Program-made: the position numbers and the translations under genes | Shown: one piece after another, positions 1 through 9,381 of the stretch | Layout of the letters: each line of letters opens with the position of its first letter | Position numbering within the stretch: the stretch's first letter is position 1 | Assembly (NCBI GenBank): GCA_041689145.1 | Contig: JBDNGT010000103.1 | Span: forward strand, 1 to 43,159 | Source: Geopsychrobacter sp. | Lineage (GTDB): Bacteria > Desulfobacterota > Desulfuromonadia > Desulfuromonadales > Geopsychrobacteraceae | DNA length: 43,159 nucleotides | Direction: 5' to 3' | Notes under the pieces: generated by a model | The model's database searches: none | Seen by the model: the letters and a program-made list of their open reading frames with translations, nothing else | Told to the model about the DNA's origin: nothing

Positions 1-140
1 CCCATGACATCGACCTCGACCTGATCGGCGAGCGGCTCAAGATGGCGCCGAATCACCCGTTGCGCGGGGACTTCGAACCCCGAAGGGCTCGGCGCTTCGA
101 CCAGCTCCTTTAAGAAATTGAATTCAGAATCAGGCAGCAT
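1..140 (-). CDS. M42 family metallopeptidase, N-terminal part (runs off the window edge)
   Basis: Not in the ORF track. Manual translation from ATG 140 gives MLPDSEFNFLKELVEAPSPSGFEVPAQRVIRRHLEPLADQVEVDVMG, a typical M42 N-terminus (PSPSGFE ... D.MG). Overlaps the PHP gene stop. Confidence 0.85.
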   Translation of the reverse strand, partial: MLPDSEFNFLKELVEAPSPSGFEVPAQRVIRRHLEPLADQVEVDVM

Positions 141-786
141 GCTTACCCCTTTTGACGAGTTCCATGGAATTATTCTGTGCTTCGTCGAACTGAGCTGTGG
201 TCATGCCGGCGCCCATAGCGACCTTGCGCATCATCGCGGGCGAGAGCAGATCGCCCGGCGCATGGGCGTCATTATTGATCACCAGACGGGCACCGTACTG
301 CAGCGCCAATTTGACCACATGGCCGTTAGTCAGGGAGTGCCCTTTGCGCGTGGTCACCTCGATGAACACCCCTTTTTCAGCGGCGCGTTGCACCTCTTCA
401 ACGGAAATCAGGCCGGGATGGGCCAGGATATCGACCCCGGCTTCAATCGCGGCGCGGTTGGTGCCTTCGATCACCGGTTCGACAATCGTTTCGCCATGTA
501 CCGAAACGATCTGCGCACCGCTATCACGCGCCAGTTTAACGACATCAGCAATCATCTTTGGCGGTACGTGGGTCAGCTCGGCACCGGCCAACAGAATTAA
601 GCCGTTGGCCTCGCCGAGTTTACCGACCACCGGACGCAACCGCTCGAGCAGTGCCTTGATATTGCTCTGGTCGGCGTGGTCGGTGATCGCTAACGCGCGG
701 TAACCGGCGACTGCGGCGCGGCGCACCAGTTCGGCCGGGCCGAGTTCGCCATCACTGAAAAATGTATGGGTGTGTAGATCGATCAT
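130..786 (-). CDS. PHP domain (histidinol-phosphatase-like) protein
   Basis: MIDLHTHT, AITDH, LAHP and NNDAH metal motifs. GGAG RBS before ATG 786, so the ORF-track start at 912 is too long. Confidence 0.9.
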   Translation of the reverse strand: MIDLHTHTFFSDGELGPAELVRRAAVAGYRALAITDHADQSNIKALLERLRPVVGKLGEANGLILLAGAELTHVPPKMIADVVKLARDSGAQIVSVHGETIVEPVIEGTNRAAIEAGVDILAHPGLISVEEVQRAAEKGVFIEVTTRKGHSLTNGHVVKLALQYGARLVINNDAHAPGDLLSPAMMRKVAMGAGMTTAQFDEAQNNSMELVKRGKHAA

Positions 787-812
787 GTCAATCTCCATTC
801 GGTTATGAAATA

Positions 813-840
813 GCCACCAAGGCACCAAAAGCACCAAGAA
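813..840. repeat. Short intergenic tandem motif, three CACCAA cores
   Basis: gccaccaaggcaccaaaagcaccaagaa between the miaB stop and the PHP RBS. Confidence 0.5.
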
Positions 841-856
841 GGGCAAAGAGGATAGT

Positions 857-2182
857 TTAGCGGTTGAGCATTTCACCGAGGTTTGAATTACGGAAGATCT
901 GGGTAATCTCAACCTCGACCAGGGTCCCGATCATGTCGGGAGTACCGGTAAAGTTGACGATCCGGTTGGCGGTCGTGCGACCAAACAGCTGGCCATCCCC
1001 CTGCCGGCTCTCCCCTTCGACCAGCACCTGAAATTGCTTGCCAAGATCCGCTTCCCAGATATTACGGCTATTATTCTGTTGCATCTTAAGTAGCCGCTCA
1101 AAGCGTTGCTGCTTAATCCGCGCACCGGTCTTATCCTCAAGCTCGGCGGCAGAGGTTCCGGTCCGTTTCGAATAGAGGAAGGTGAAAGCATCAGCATAGC
1201 CGACCTCATCGACCAAATCGAGGGTTTGCTGGAAGTCTTCTTCAGTCTCCCCCGGAAAGCCGACGATGATGTCGGTCGACAGGCGGATATCGGGGCAGGC
1301 CGCTTTTAACTTCTGCACCGTCTGCAGATAGGCCTTACGACCATAGCCGCGATTCATCCGGGCCAGAATTTCGTCGGAACCGCACTGCACCGGCAGGTGC
1401 AGTTGATGGCAAAGGTTATCCAGTTCGGCGAAACAGGCGATTAATTCGTCCGAAAGATCCTTGGGGTGGCTGGTGGTGAAACGCAGGCGCAGCAGCCCTT
1501 TGACCGCGGCGACCTGACGCACCAGCTGCGCAAAATTGATCTCGCCAGCCTGCTTGCTACCGTAGGAGTTGACGTTCTGCCCCAACAGCGTGATCTCGCG
1601 TACACCCTGGGCGACCAGGGCCTCAACCTCGGCGACAATCTCGGCGCTCGGCCGGCTGATTTCACGCCCCCGCACATGCGGCACGATGCAGTAGGTACAG
1701 AAGTTATCACAGCCCTGCATGACGGTGACGAAGCGCGTGACCGTGTCGAGTTCGCTGCGTTGTGGAAACAGGTTGAGGCGGGTCTCCTGATCGAGAAAGC
1801 CGGTCAGACTCTGGCGCCGCTTGCCCTGTTCGGCCAGTTGCACCAGCTCGGGCAGACGGTGGACATTGTGGGTGCCGAAGACCAGGTCGAGATAAGGGAC
1901 CTCGGCCAACATCTTCTCCCCTTCCTGCTCGGCGACGCAGCCGCCGACGCCGATAATCAATTTGGGACGCAGATCCTTGATCGGCTTAAAGCGCCCCAGA
2001 TGACCATAGACCTTGCGTTCGGCCTTATCGCGCACGCTACAGGTATTAAGCAGCACCAGATCGGCATCGGTGGCCGCATCCACCTGGCGGTAACCGATTT
2101 CGCCGAGCAGCGTAACGATCCGCTCGGAATCGACGACGTTCATCTGGCAGCCGAAGGTTTCGAGATAAAAGCGTTTTTCCAT
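857..2182 (-). CDS. miaB: tRNA-i6A37 methylthiotransferase MiaB
   Basis: TFGCQMN, LNTCSVR, GGCVA, radical-SAM motif CDNFCTYC, C-terminal TRAM domain. Confidence 0.97.
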   Translation of the reverse strand: MEKRFYLETFGCQMNVVDSERIVTLLGEIGYRQVDAATDADLVLLNTCSVRDKAERKVYGHLGRFKPIKDLRPKLIIGVGGCVAEQEGEKMLAEVPYLDLVFGTHNVHRLPELVQLAEQGKRRQSLTGFLDQETRLNLFPQRSELDTVTRFVTVMQGCDNFCTYCIVPHVRGREISRPSAEIVAEVEALVAQGVREITLLGQNVNSYGSKQAGEINFAQLVRQVAAVKGLLRLRFTTSHPKDLSDELIACFAELDNLCHQLHLPVQCGSDEILARMNRGYGRKAYLQTVQKLKAACPDIRLSTDIIVGFPGETEEDFQQTLDLVDEVGYADAFTFLYSKRTGTSAAELEDKTGARIKQQRFERLLKMQQNNSRNIWEADLGKQFQVLVEGESRQGDGQLFGRTTANRIVNFTGTPDMIGTLVEVEITQIFRNSNLGEMLNR

Positions 2183-2248
2183 CTTTATTATTTAATCCTA
2201 CCGAGAAGGTTGCTAAATCGGGTGTATCTTCCTCTTGCCGGTCAAGAA

Positions 2249-2731
2249 TCAAGCCTTGAGTTGGGGACAATGTTCGTTGAGTAGGGAGAGTAATCGGTCC
2301 GGCTGTTCGATACAATGCAGAATTAACGGTTTCGACCCAAATACACCGAGCCGCAAACTAGCCAGAGACTCCCCCTGCCTTTTCAGCTTGACATCAATGA
2401 TTGCCGAAAGCGGTGCAGATCTTCCGGCGGCAAAAAAAAGTTGAGTATCGGTCAACCGATAGAAGATTTTCGGCCAGCGCCAACGGGCAAGCAGAATTTG
2501 GAGCGGCCCGAATATAAGGCTGGCGGCGATCAGGGGCAGCGGCAAAAACATCAACCACAGGGGGTGCCCCTCGCCGATCAACTGCAAGGCCAACATCAAC
2601 CAGAAGCTGCTGACCAAAAAGAGCAGGCTCCCGACCAACGCTTGCTTCCAATATTGAAAGGTGTAACAGCGCGGCGCGGGCCGCCCCTGCCAGAGTATTT
2701 TTTCGCCAATCACAGGTAGCGGCCAGTCCAT
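2249..2731 (-). CDS. Hypothetical membrane protein (2 TM plus possible bacterial PH-like domain)
   Basis: GEKILWQGRP N-terminus, two hydrophobic helices, YRLTD motif. Abuts the M48 gene stop. Confidence 0.75.
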   Translation of the reverse strand: MDWPLPVIGEKILWQGRPAPRCYTFQYWKQALVGSLLFLVSSFWLMLALQLIGEGHPLWLMFLPLPLIAASLIFGPLQILLARWRWPKIFYRLTDTQLFFAAGRSAPLSAIIDVKLKRQGESLASLRLGVFGSKPLILHCIEQPDRLLSLLNEHCPQLKA

Positions 2732-4081
2732 TTATTGCCCCAACATCTTTAAACGCTCCAGAGCATTGCGTCCTAATTTTCCCGCAGCATCCGCCTTGGC
2801 CACGGCCAGATAAAGTCGTCGCGCACCCTCTTTATCTCCGGCATTATTACGGGCCTCAGCCAGCATAAATCCCCCCTCAAATGTCGGCCGCAGTTTAAAC
2901 CCGAGTTCAAGCTGCTCCAGTGCTTTCAGATGCTCCTTTTTTTGCTGGTAGATATACCCGAGCGCCAGCCGCGACCGATAATAATCGGCCTGTCGGTTGA
3001 TCGCCTTGATCAGATAGCGACGGGCTGGCACAAGATCCTCGTTGCGCAGATAGGCTAGCCCGAGGCTCGTCAGGATCAAGGGTTCCTCCGGAGCCTCAAA
3101 CAAGGCGCGATGGTAAAGCGCGATCGCCTCGGCAACCTGCCCCTGAGTTTCTAACTGGTGGGCCTCGTCACAGAGGATATAGCCTTGCCGGGTTCGCTTA
3201 AGGCTTTGAGTCGCTTGCGTAAATTCAAGATTCTGTTGTCCAGTACCATTGGTCAGGGGATAGTTGTCTTCAATATAGCGCTGATCTTCGTCACGCCGAT
3301 CAACTGAGAAAGGGTGACTTTGAAAAAATCCCGTCTGCCCAGTAGTGGCATCGCCTTTCCCCCCTTCACGATAAAAGTCTTCCTGCAACTGCACCGCGCC
3401 CTGCGGATCGAAGCCGGCCAGAATCATGATATCGATTCCGCGGCGCTCAGCCTCAGCCTCCTGCGCGGGCGTATAGCGCATGGCCTGAAGGCTCGCAACG
3501 AGATCATCGGCTGGGCATCCCAGGCTGTCAGAGGTGGGACGGATGGCCTGATGTGCCCCTCCCTGCAGAAGATGCCTTGCGGTCACATGCCCAATTTCAT
3601 GGGCCAAAAGAGCCGCGAGTTCAGCTTCACTCGAAAGGGTGACCAAGAGACCACGGCTCAGCAGGATATAGCCACCCGGCAGAGCGAAGGCGTTGGGGGT
3701 GGAATCGTTGGTGATTGTGAAATGAAACGACAGGTCAGAACGAGAGGCTTGATGAGCGAGACGTTGGCCAACAAGATTAAAATACGTGTTAAACTCCTGG
3801 TCGAGATAGCTCCCGCCACTTTGCTGAATGATCTGCAAGTTGGCGATTCGACCTAAGGCCAGCTCTTCAGCGGCGGACAGATCGACAAGCGCCAATTCAG
3901 AACTTTGGGTTGCCGAATTCAGCCCGCAACCGACCAGAAGTCCAAGTAAAGCCAGGGCAGACAGGGTTATGCGGATCAGGGGGAAGATAGAAGAAAAGTG
4001 CAAAATTAATTTCAACAGCAAGCTCCGACAAAAATAGACCGAGTACGAGGGTACCATACGTTCCCACCATCGACCACTCAT
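2732..4081 (-). CDS. M48 family zinc metalloprotease with TPR repeats (BepA/YfgC-like lipoprotein); true start probably nearer 3980
   Basis: NAFALPGG, HEIGH zinc motif, FFQSHP, C-terminal TPR-like helices, lipobox LVGC. Confidence 0.85.
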   Translation of the reverse strand: MSGRWWERMVPSYSVYFCRSLLLKLILHFSSIFPLIRITLSALALLGLLVGCGLNSATQSSELALVDLSAAEELALGRIANLQIIQQSGGSYLDQEFNTYFNLVGQRLAHQASRSDLSFHFTITNDSTPNAFALPGGYILLSRGLLVTLSSEAELAALLAHEIGHVTARHLLQGGAHQAIRPTSDSLGCPADDLVASLQAMRYTPAQEAEAERRGIDIMILAGFDPQGAVQLQEDFYREGGKGDATTGQTGFFQSHPFSVDRRDEDQRYIEDNYPLTNGTGQQNLEFTQATQSLKRTRQGYILCDEAHQLETQGQVAEAIALYHRALFEAPEEPLILTSLGLAYLRNEDLVPARRYLIKAINRQADYYRSRLALGYIYQQKKEHLKALEQLELGFKLRPTFEGGFMLAEARNNAGDKEGARRLYLAVAKADAAGKLGRNALERLKMLGQ

Positions 4082-4175
4082 TTTTCGGGATACCCGCTTG
4101 CCAGGAGTCCGTTCCAGACTCTATTATCGCCGAGCTGACAGAGCTCAAATATCTATGTGACCTGGGGGAAACATT

Positions 4176-4778
4176 ATGCTTTTAGATGAAGAAACGGGCA
4201 AAGAGCTGCTCAGCATTGCACGTAGCGCAATCGATACCTGCCTAACCGAGGGAGATCCAACACCGCGGGGGGTAGAGGATCCGCCATTGAACCAATCGGC
4301 GGGCTGCTTTGTCACGATCAACATGGGCAGGAAACTCCGCGGCTGTATCGGCCACTTCACCAGCCAGCAACCGCTCTACCTCGAGGTCGCACAGCTGGCG
4401 GTCGCCGCCGCAACCGCAGATCCGCGGTTTCATGCCATGAGTCGCGAGGATATCGGCAACTACAGTCTCGATATCTCCGTTCTCTCACCATTGAAAAAGA
4501 TCGATGACATCAGCCAGATTGAGGTCGGAACCCACGGGATCTACCTGGAAAGAGATTACAGTCGCGGGGTGTTGCTGCCTCAAGTCGCGACTGAGCAGCG
4601 TTGGGGCCGTCAAACCTTTCTGGAACAGACCTGTGTCAAGGCTGGACTGCCGACCGATGCCTGGAAATCCAGACACCTGGAAATCTATATTTTTTCAGCT
4701 CAGGTCATTACTGAAAACCATTTGTACGCAACGGCGAATGGGATATCTACTTCATGCCGATCCGCACCGATCTTTTGA
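4176..4778 (+). CDS. amrA: AMMECR1 family protein (AmmeMemoRadiSam system protein A)
   Basis: GCFVT..LRGCIG, DPRF, ISVLSP, GVLLPQVA, FLEQTCVKAGL. Confidence 0.93.
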   Translation: MLLDEETGKELLSIARSAIDTCLTEGDPTPRGVEDPPLNQSAGCFVTINMGRKLRGCIGHFTSQQPLYLEVAQLAVAAATADPRFHAMSREDIGNYSLDISVLSPLKKIDDISQIEVGTHGIYLERDYSRGVLLPQVATEQRWGRQTFLEQTCVKAGLPTDAWKSRHLEIYIFSAQVITENHLYATANGISTSCRSAPIF

Positions 4779-4822
4779 AATATCCTAAAGGGATCCTGTA
4801 GCAACCAACCCAAGGAGTTTAT

Positions 4823-4981
4823 ATGCGTCATATCTGTACCAACTGTGGCTACATCTACGATCCTGCTGTCGGTGACCCAATGGCCGACATCCCTGCCGGG
4901 ACAGCATTTGAGGACCTGCCTGAAGACTGGTGTTGCCCGCTCTGTTATCTGGGGAAAGAGGTCTTCGATCCCCTCGATTAG
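4823..4981 (+). CDS. Rubredoxin (52 aa)
   Basis: Not in the ORF track. MRHICTNCGYIYDPAVGDPMADIPAGTAFEDLPEDWCCPLCYLGKEVFDPLD, two CxxC motifs, AAGGAG RBS. Confidence 0.96.
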   Translation: MRHICTNCGYIYDPAVGDPMADIPAGTAFEDLPEDWCCPLCYLGKEVFDPLD

Positions 4982-5029
4982 CAGCAAGTTGACCACTCAA
5001 GGTGATTAAAGTGAAACAAGGCAGGCTTT

Positions 5030-6043
5030 TTAGTTCCGATAACCCTGTGGATTGGTCTGCTGCCAATGCCATCCATCCTGGCACATCTCTTCAAGACCGC
5101 GTTCGGCGGTCCAGCCCAGTTCCTGGCGGGCCAGGTTCGGATCAGCATAGCAGCTGGCGATATCTCCCGGACGACGGGAGACGATCCGATAGGGAATTTC
5201 GCGCCCACTGACGGCGGCAAACGCATTGATCATCTGCAGGACCGAATAGCCCTGACCGGTGCCGAGGTTAACGGTCAACAGCCCGGGTTTTGCCACGAGA
5301 CGCTCCACAGCGCAGAGGTGACCGCGCGCCAGGTCGACGACGTGAATATAATCGCGCACCCCGGTTCCATCGCTGGTGGCATAGTCCCCGCCGAAGATCG
5401 ACAGGGCCTCGCGCTGACCGATCGCAACCTGAGTGATAAAAGGGAACAGGTTATTCGGAACTCCCTGTGGATCTTCACCGATCAGGCCCGAGGGGTGAGC
5501 GCCCACCGGGTTGAAGTAGCGCAACAGCGCGATCCGCCACTCGGGGTCAGCGCTCTGCAGATCGCGGAGCATCTCTTCAATAAACAGCTTAGTCCGCCCG
5601 TAAGGGTTGGTCGCACTGGTGGCGGCATCTTCGCGGATCGGCAGACTCTGCGGATCGCCATAGACCGTGGCCGAAGAACTGAAGACCAGGCGCTTGACCC
5701 CGGCCGCAGCCATCGCCTCGCAGAGCGTCGCGGTGCCGCTGAGATTATTCTGATAATAGGCAAGCGGCGTTTCAACCGACTCGCCAACCGCCTTGAGTCC
5801 GGCGAAATGGATGACCGCATCGACCGGATGCGCGGCAAAGGCTTGATCGAGAGCATGACGGTCGCAGATATCGGCCTGAATGAAGCTGACCGCCTGCCCG
5901 CTAATCTGCTTAACCCGCTCGAGCGCCAGCGGGGAACTGTTACACAGGTTGTCATAGACCACCACCTGATGGCCGGCTTTCAACAGTTCAACCAGGGTGT
6001 GGGTACCGATATAACCGGCACCGCCGGTGACAAGAATGTTCAT
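5030..6043 (-). CDS. galE: UDP-glucose 4-epimerase
   Basis: ILVTGGAGYIGTH, HFAGLKAVGES, YGRTK, LRYFNPVGAH. GGGAGA RBS before ATG 6043. Confidence 0.97.
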   Translation of the reverse strand: MNILVTGGAGYIGTHTLVELLKAGHQVVVYDNLCNSSPLALERVKQISGQAVSFIQADICDRHALDQAFAAHPVDAVIHFAGLKAVGESVETPLAYYQNNLSGTATLCEAMAAAGVKRLVFSSSATVYGDPQSLPIREDAATSATNPYGRTKLFIEEMLRDLQSADPEWRIALLRYFNPVGAHPSGLIGEDPQGVPNNLFPFITQVAIGQREALSIFGGDYATSDGTGVRDYIHVVDLARGHLCAVERLVAKPGLLTVNLGTGQGYSVLQMINAFAAVSGREIPYRIVSRRPGDIASCYADPNLARQELGWTAERGLEEMCQDGWHWQQTNPQGYRN

Positions 6044-6058
6044 AGAATCTCCCACATG

Positions 6059-6215
6059 TGATGGCGTCGCAAAAACTCACCAACTGCTGCGTTGCTGCAA
6101 TTTCTCTCGCTGCTTCGACGTACGTAAGTACGCCTCATTGCTTGAAAATTTCGCGCCTTGCATTTGGCTCTTTTTGCTTAGCCATTGGATATTTTGCTTT
6201 TTTGCGAAAGCATCA
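6059..6215. mobile_element. 157-bp MITE-like / structured dispersed repeat
   Basis: Terminal inverted repeats tgatggcgtcgcaaaaa (6059-6075) and tttttgcgaaagcatca (6199-6215), 14/17 match. Internal TIR-like copy at about 6170-6186 and central hairpin cgtac-GTAA-gtacg (6119-6132). Confidence 0.7.
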
Positions 6216-6281
6216 AGCTTAAATCTTCGGGCAAGCGAGGGCGGTTTGAAGTAGCCCGACAAGTCATTGACCCTTGCCATG

Positions 6282-7631
6282 TTATCTGTTCGAATCGCAG
6301 AGAGCTGACAACTCAAGCAACGTCACGCTTTCCAAGTGATAGGTCTGTGGGAACATGTCCAGCGGGCGGCTTTCGATCACGCGGTAGCCGCCCGTTAGCA
6401 GCAGTTTCAAATCCCGCGCCAGCGTCATCGGATCGCAGGAGACATAGAGGATACGCTTAACGCGTTGTTCAAGCAGATCGGCAACGACCTCTTTGGCACC
6501 ACAACGCGGCGGGTCGAGCACGACCAGATCAAACCCCTGCTCCCCGGCACAGGTGGCACAAGCCCCCAGGGCGGAGCGAGCCAGAAAATTGATGTTCGTG
6601 ATCCGATTGAGCTGGGCATTGACCTTGCCTTGCGCAATCGAGCCAGCGTGTTCTTCAACCGCGACCACCTTAGCCACGCGTCGCGCTAAAGGCAGGCTGA
6701 AATTACCCATGCCGCAGTAGAGATCGAGAACGCGCCAACTCTTTTCGGGTGCCGCCAGGCGCAAGGCCTCGGCGACCATCCGTCGGTTCTGGGCCAGGTT
6801 GATCTGGGCGAACCCCCCTGCCCCATAGGCGAGCCGCAGCGCGGGGGTATCGACCTCGATACTCAGGTCGGTTGGGCCAGCAATTTGGCGCAGTGTGGAT
6901 TTAGAGCCGGAGCGCAAAAAAAGCGCAAATGCATGTTGCTGTTGCAGGGGGCGCAAACATTCAACCAGTTCGGCGCCATCTCGCCCCGCGTAGTGCAGCA
7001 CCAACCGGACCTGCCCGTCATCACCAACCTCCATGTCGATCTGGGTCAACTGTGCAGCATGGGGACTACCCTGCAGGATTTCACGCAGCGCGGGCAAGAG
7101 CTGATTAAAGGCCGGGGCGGCGACGGGGCAGGATTGGATGTCGATCACAACATGGCTGGCGTGACGGAAAAATCCGAGCGCCAGCTTACCGTCAGCATGC
7201 AGATGACACTTGAACTGCACCCGGCTGCGGTAGTGCCATGCGCCGGGTGATTCTAAGATAGGGGAGATCCGCCCCTCTGCAACGCCGCACTGCCGCTGCA
7301 GGGTATCCCGGAAGATCTGCTCCTTATGCCGCAGCTGCTCGGCATAGGGGAGCATCTGCCACTGACAGCCGCCGCAGTCCCCGAAGATCGGACAGACCGG
7401 GGTGCAGCGTTGCGGCGACTCCCGGTCAAACTGCACCGCTTCGGCTTCGGCATGGCGCTTCTTCTCGCGCAGCAGGCGCGCCCAGGCCAGATCGCCGGGG
7501 ACGGCGCCGCGCACGAAGATGACGCGGCCATCGAAACGCGCGACCCCATTGCCGCCAAAGGCAAGCGATTCGATCTCGAGCGGGCCGATCAGCCCGCTCG
7601 GGATGATCGGCCCCGTATCTCCATGGGGCAC
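6282..7631 (-). CDS. rlmD: 23S rRNA (uracil-1939-C5)-methyltransferase RlmD/RumA family
   Basis: N-terminal TRAM, CPIFGDCGGCQWQ [4Fe-4S] motif, DLYCGMG, LDPPR, YVSCDP, DMFPQTYHLE. Confidence 0.92.
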   Translation of the reverse strand: MPHGDTGPIIPSGLIGPLEIESLAFGGNGVARFDGRVIFVRGAVPGDLAWARLLREKKRHAEAEAVQFDRESPQRCTPVCPIFGDCGGCQWQMLPYAEQLRHKEQIFRDTLQRQCGVAEGRISPILESPGAWHYRSRVQFKCHLHADGKLALGFFRHASHVVIDIQSCPVAAPAFNQLLPALREILQGSPHAAQLTQIDMEVGDDGQVRLVLHYAGRDGAELVECLRPLQQQHAFALFLRSGSKSTLRQIAGPTDLSIEVDTPALRLAYGAGGFAQINLAQNRRMVAEALRLAAPEKSWRVLDLYCGMGNFSLPLARRVAKVVAVEEHAGSIAQGKVNAQLNRITNINFLARSALGACATCAGEQGFDLVVLDPPRCGAKEVVADLLEQRVKRILYVSCDPMTLARDLKLLLTGGYRVIESRPLDMFPQTYHLESVTLLELSALCDSNR

Positions 7632-7633
7632 GA

Positions 7634-8902
7634 TCAGCCTTGATTTTGCGGATTGATGCTGTCCGCTGCAAAAGTCATGGTTGCAAAGTAGTCTTCGTTG
7701 GTCTCGGCGCGTCGGATCAGTTCGACACGACCATCGGCACAGAGCAGTAACTCCTTGGGCCGCAGGCGACCATTGTATTGAAAGCCCATCGCATGGCCAT
7801 GCGCACCGGTATCATGGATCATCAACATATCACCCTCTTCGATGTGCGGCAGCTCGCGCTGGACGGCGAACTTGTCGTTATTTTCGCACAAGGAGCCGAC
7901 CAGATCGATCACCTCAGTCGGACGCCCTTCACTGCCGATGACATCAATATGATGGTAGGCGTCGTACATCGCCGGACGCATCAGCGCCGACATACAGGCA
8001 TCAACCCCGACGTACTTGCGATAGGTGTCCTTATGATTGATCGCCTGGGTGATGAGCGCCCCGTGCGGACCGGTCATGAATCGCCCGCTCTCCATCACCA
8101 TCTTCGGCGCATAGCCGTGGATGGTCTTGAACTGGTCAAAGAGCGCCGTGATCTCCTGCGCCATTGCCTGCAGATTAAGCGGTTTCTGCTCGGGACGATA
8201 GGGAATACCGCAGCCGCCACCGATATTCACAAATTCGAAGCGGATGCCGGTCTCCTTCTCAACCAATTCCGCAATCTCCAGCAGCATGCGTGAAGTCTCA
8301 ACCATATAACTATAATCGAGCTCGTTCGAAGCGACCATGGTGTGCAGGCCGAAGCGGGTCGCCCCCTTCTCGCGCGCCAGACAATAGGCATCAACCACCT
8401 GTTCGTGGGTCACACCATATTTGGCTTCGACCGGATTACCGATGATAACGTTGCCGGTACGGCGCGGTCCGGGATTGTAACGGAAGCAGACCAGCTCCGG
8501 CATTTGCGGGACTTTGTCGAGCAGCAGAATATCATCCAGATTGAGGATGCAGCCGCCATCCTGCGCGGCAAAGTTGAACTCCTGCACGGTGGTATTGTTT
8601 GAGGTGAACATGATCTTCTCGCCGGTTGCACCGGCCTCGCGGCTGAGGATCAGCTCTGGAACCGAACTGCAGTCGAAGCCGAAACCCATCTCGGACATGA
8701 TCTGAAGGATCCGCTTATTCGGTAGTGCCTTGACCGCATAGTACTCCTGAAAACCTTCAATCCCGGCAAAAGCGGCCGTCAGCTCTTCCCCTGTCTGACG
8801 GATACCGACCTCATCATAGATATGAAACGGGGTACCGTAGTGGGCAGCAATCTCTGCGACCACCGGTTGCAAACGAGCTTTAAAAGCGTTGGACATTGGC
8901 AT
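7634..8902 (-). CDS. lysA: Diaminopimelate decarboxylase
   Basis: YAVKA (PLP lysine), EAKYG, NIGGG, ESGR, CENND, GAHGHAMG. AAGGAG RBS. Confidence 0.93.
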   Translation of the reverse strand: MPMSNAFKARLQPVVAEIAAHYGTPFHIYDEVGIRQTGEELTAAFAGIEGFQEYYAVKALPNKRILQIMSEMGFGFDCSSVPELILSREAGATGEKIMFTSNNTTVQEFNFAAQDGGCILNLDDILLLDKVPQMPELVCFRYNPGPRRTGNVIIGNPVEAKYGVTHEQVVDAYCLAREKGATRFGLHTMVASNELDYSYMVETSRMLLEIAELVEKETGIRFEFVNIGGGCGIPYRPEQKPLNLQAMAQEITALFDQFKTIHGYAPKMVMESGRFMTGPHGALITQAINHKDTYRKYVGVDACMSALMRPAMYDAYHHIDVIGSEGRPTEVIDLVGSLCENNDKFAVQRELPHIEEGDMLMIHDTGAHGHAMGFQYNGRLRPKELLLCADGRVELIRRAETNEDYFATMTFAADSINPQNQG

Positions 8903-8914
8903 AGGGCATACTCC

Positions 8915-9379
8915 TTATTGATTCAGATTTATTTTGCGGGTTTCTTTAAGAATATCGAGGACGATCTGCGCACTGACATGCGAGACACTAGGAATCGCAG
9001 CAAAGTCCTCACGCAGGCGGCGCCCTAGTTCATGGAGCGAGGTAACGCGCAGCTTGACCAGATAACTGCAGTCGCCACTCAGCTGGAAAACTTCCTGCGC
9101 ACCGGGAATTTCTGAAAGTTGCGGGCCGACATCAACCGCACCCGCCACCTGAAGTTGGACAAAAGCCACCAGCCCTTGACCGAAGTGTGCCGGGTTGAGT
9201 CGCACTTCGTAGCCCTGAATAATCCCCTGTTGCTCGAGTTTACGGATCCGCTCAAGAATCGCAGAAGGCGCCATCCCGACCTGACGCGCGACCTCAGCGT
9301 TAGGGATCCTGGCCTTCTCCTGAAGAATCTCCAGAATTCTCAAGTCAATTTCGTCGAATGTTCTCTCTTCACTCATCAT
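8915..9379 (-). CDS. Lrp/AsnC family transcriptional regulator
   Basis: DEIDLRILEILQEKARIPNAEVARQVG..ERIRKLE..GII HTH, followed by a RAM domain. Confidence 0.95.
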   Translation of the reverse strand: MMSEERTFDEIDLRILEILQEKARIPNAEVARQVGMAPSAILERIRKLEQQGIIQGYEVRLNPAHFGQGLVAFVQLQVAGAVDVGPQLSEIPGAQEVFQLSGDCSYLVKLRVTSLHELGRRLREDFAAIPSVSHVSAQIVLDILKETRKINLNQ

Positions 9380-9381
9380 TT

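Noticed and set aside
4720-4778. C-terminal extension of AmrA as a fused domain
   Set aside because: Only about 20 residues beyond the usual end, with no motif; likely stop-codon drift.
5066-6061. 331-aa ORF antisense to galE, and similar long antisense ORFs (1466-2284, 13581-14453, 15456-16409)
   Set aside because: Shadow ORFs opposite well-supported genes in GC-rich DNA, with no motifs or RBS.
6027-6316. Short ORFs overlapping the 157-bp element
   Set aside because: They are translations of the inverted-repeat element with no independent coding evidence.
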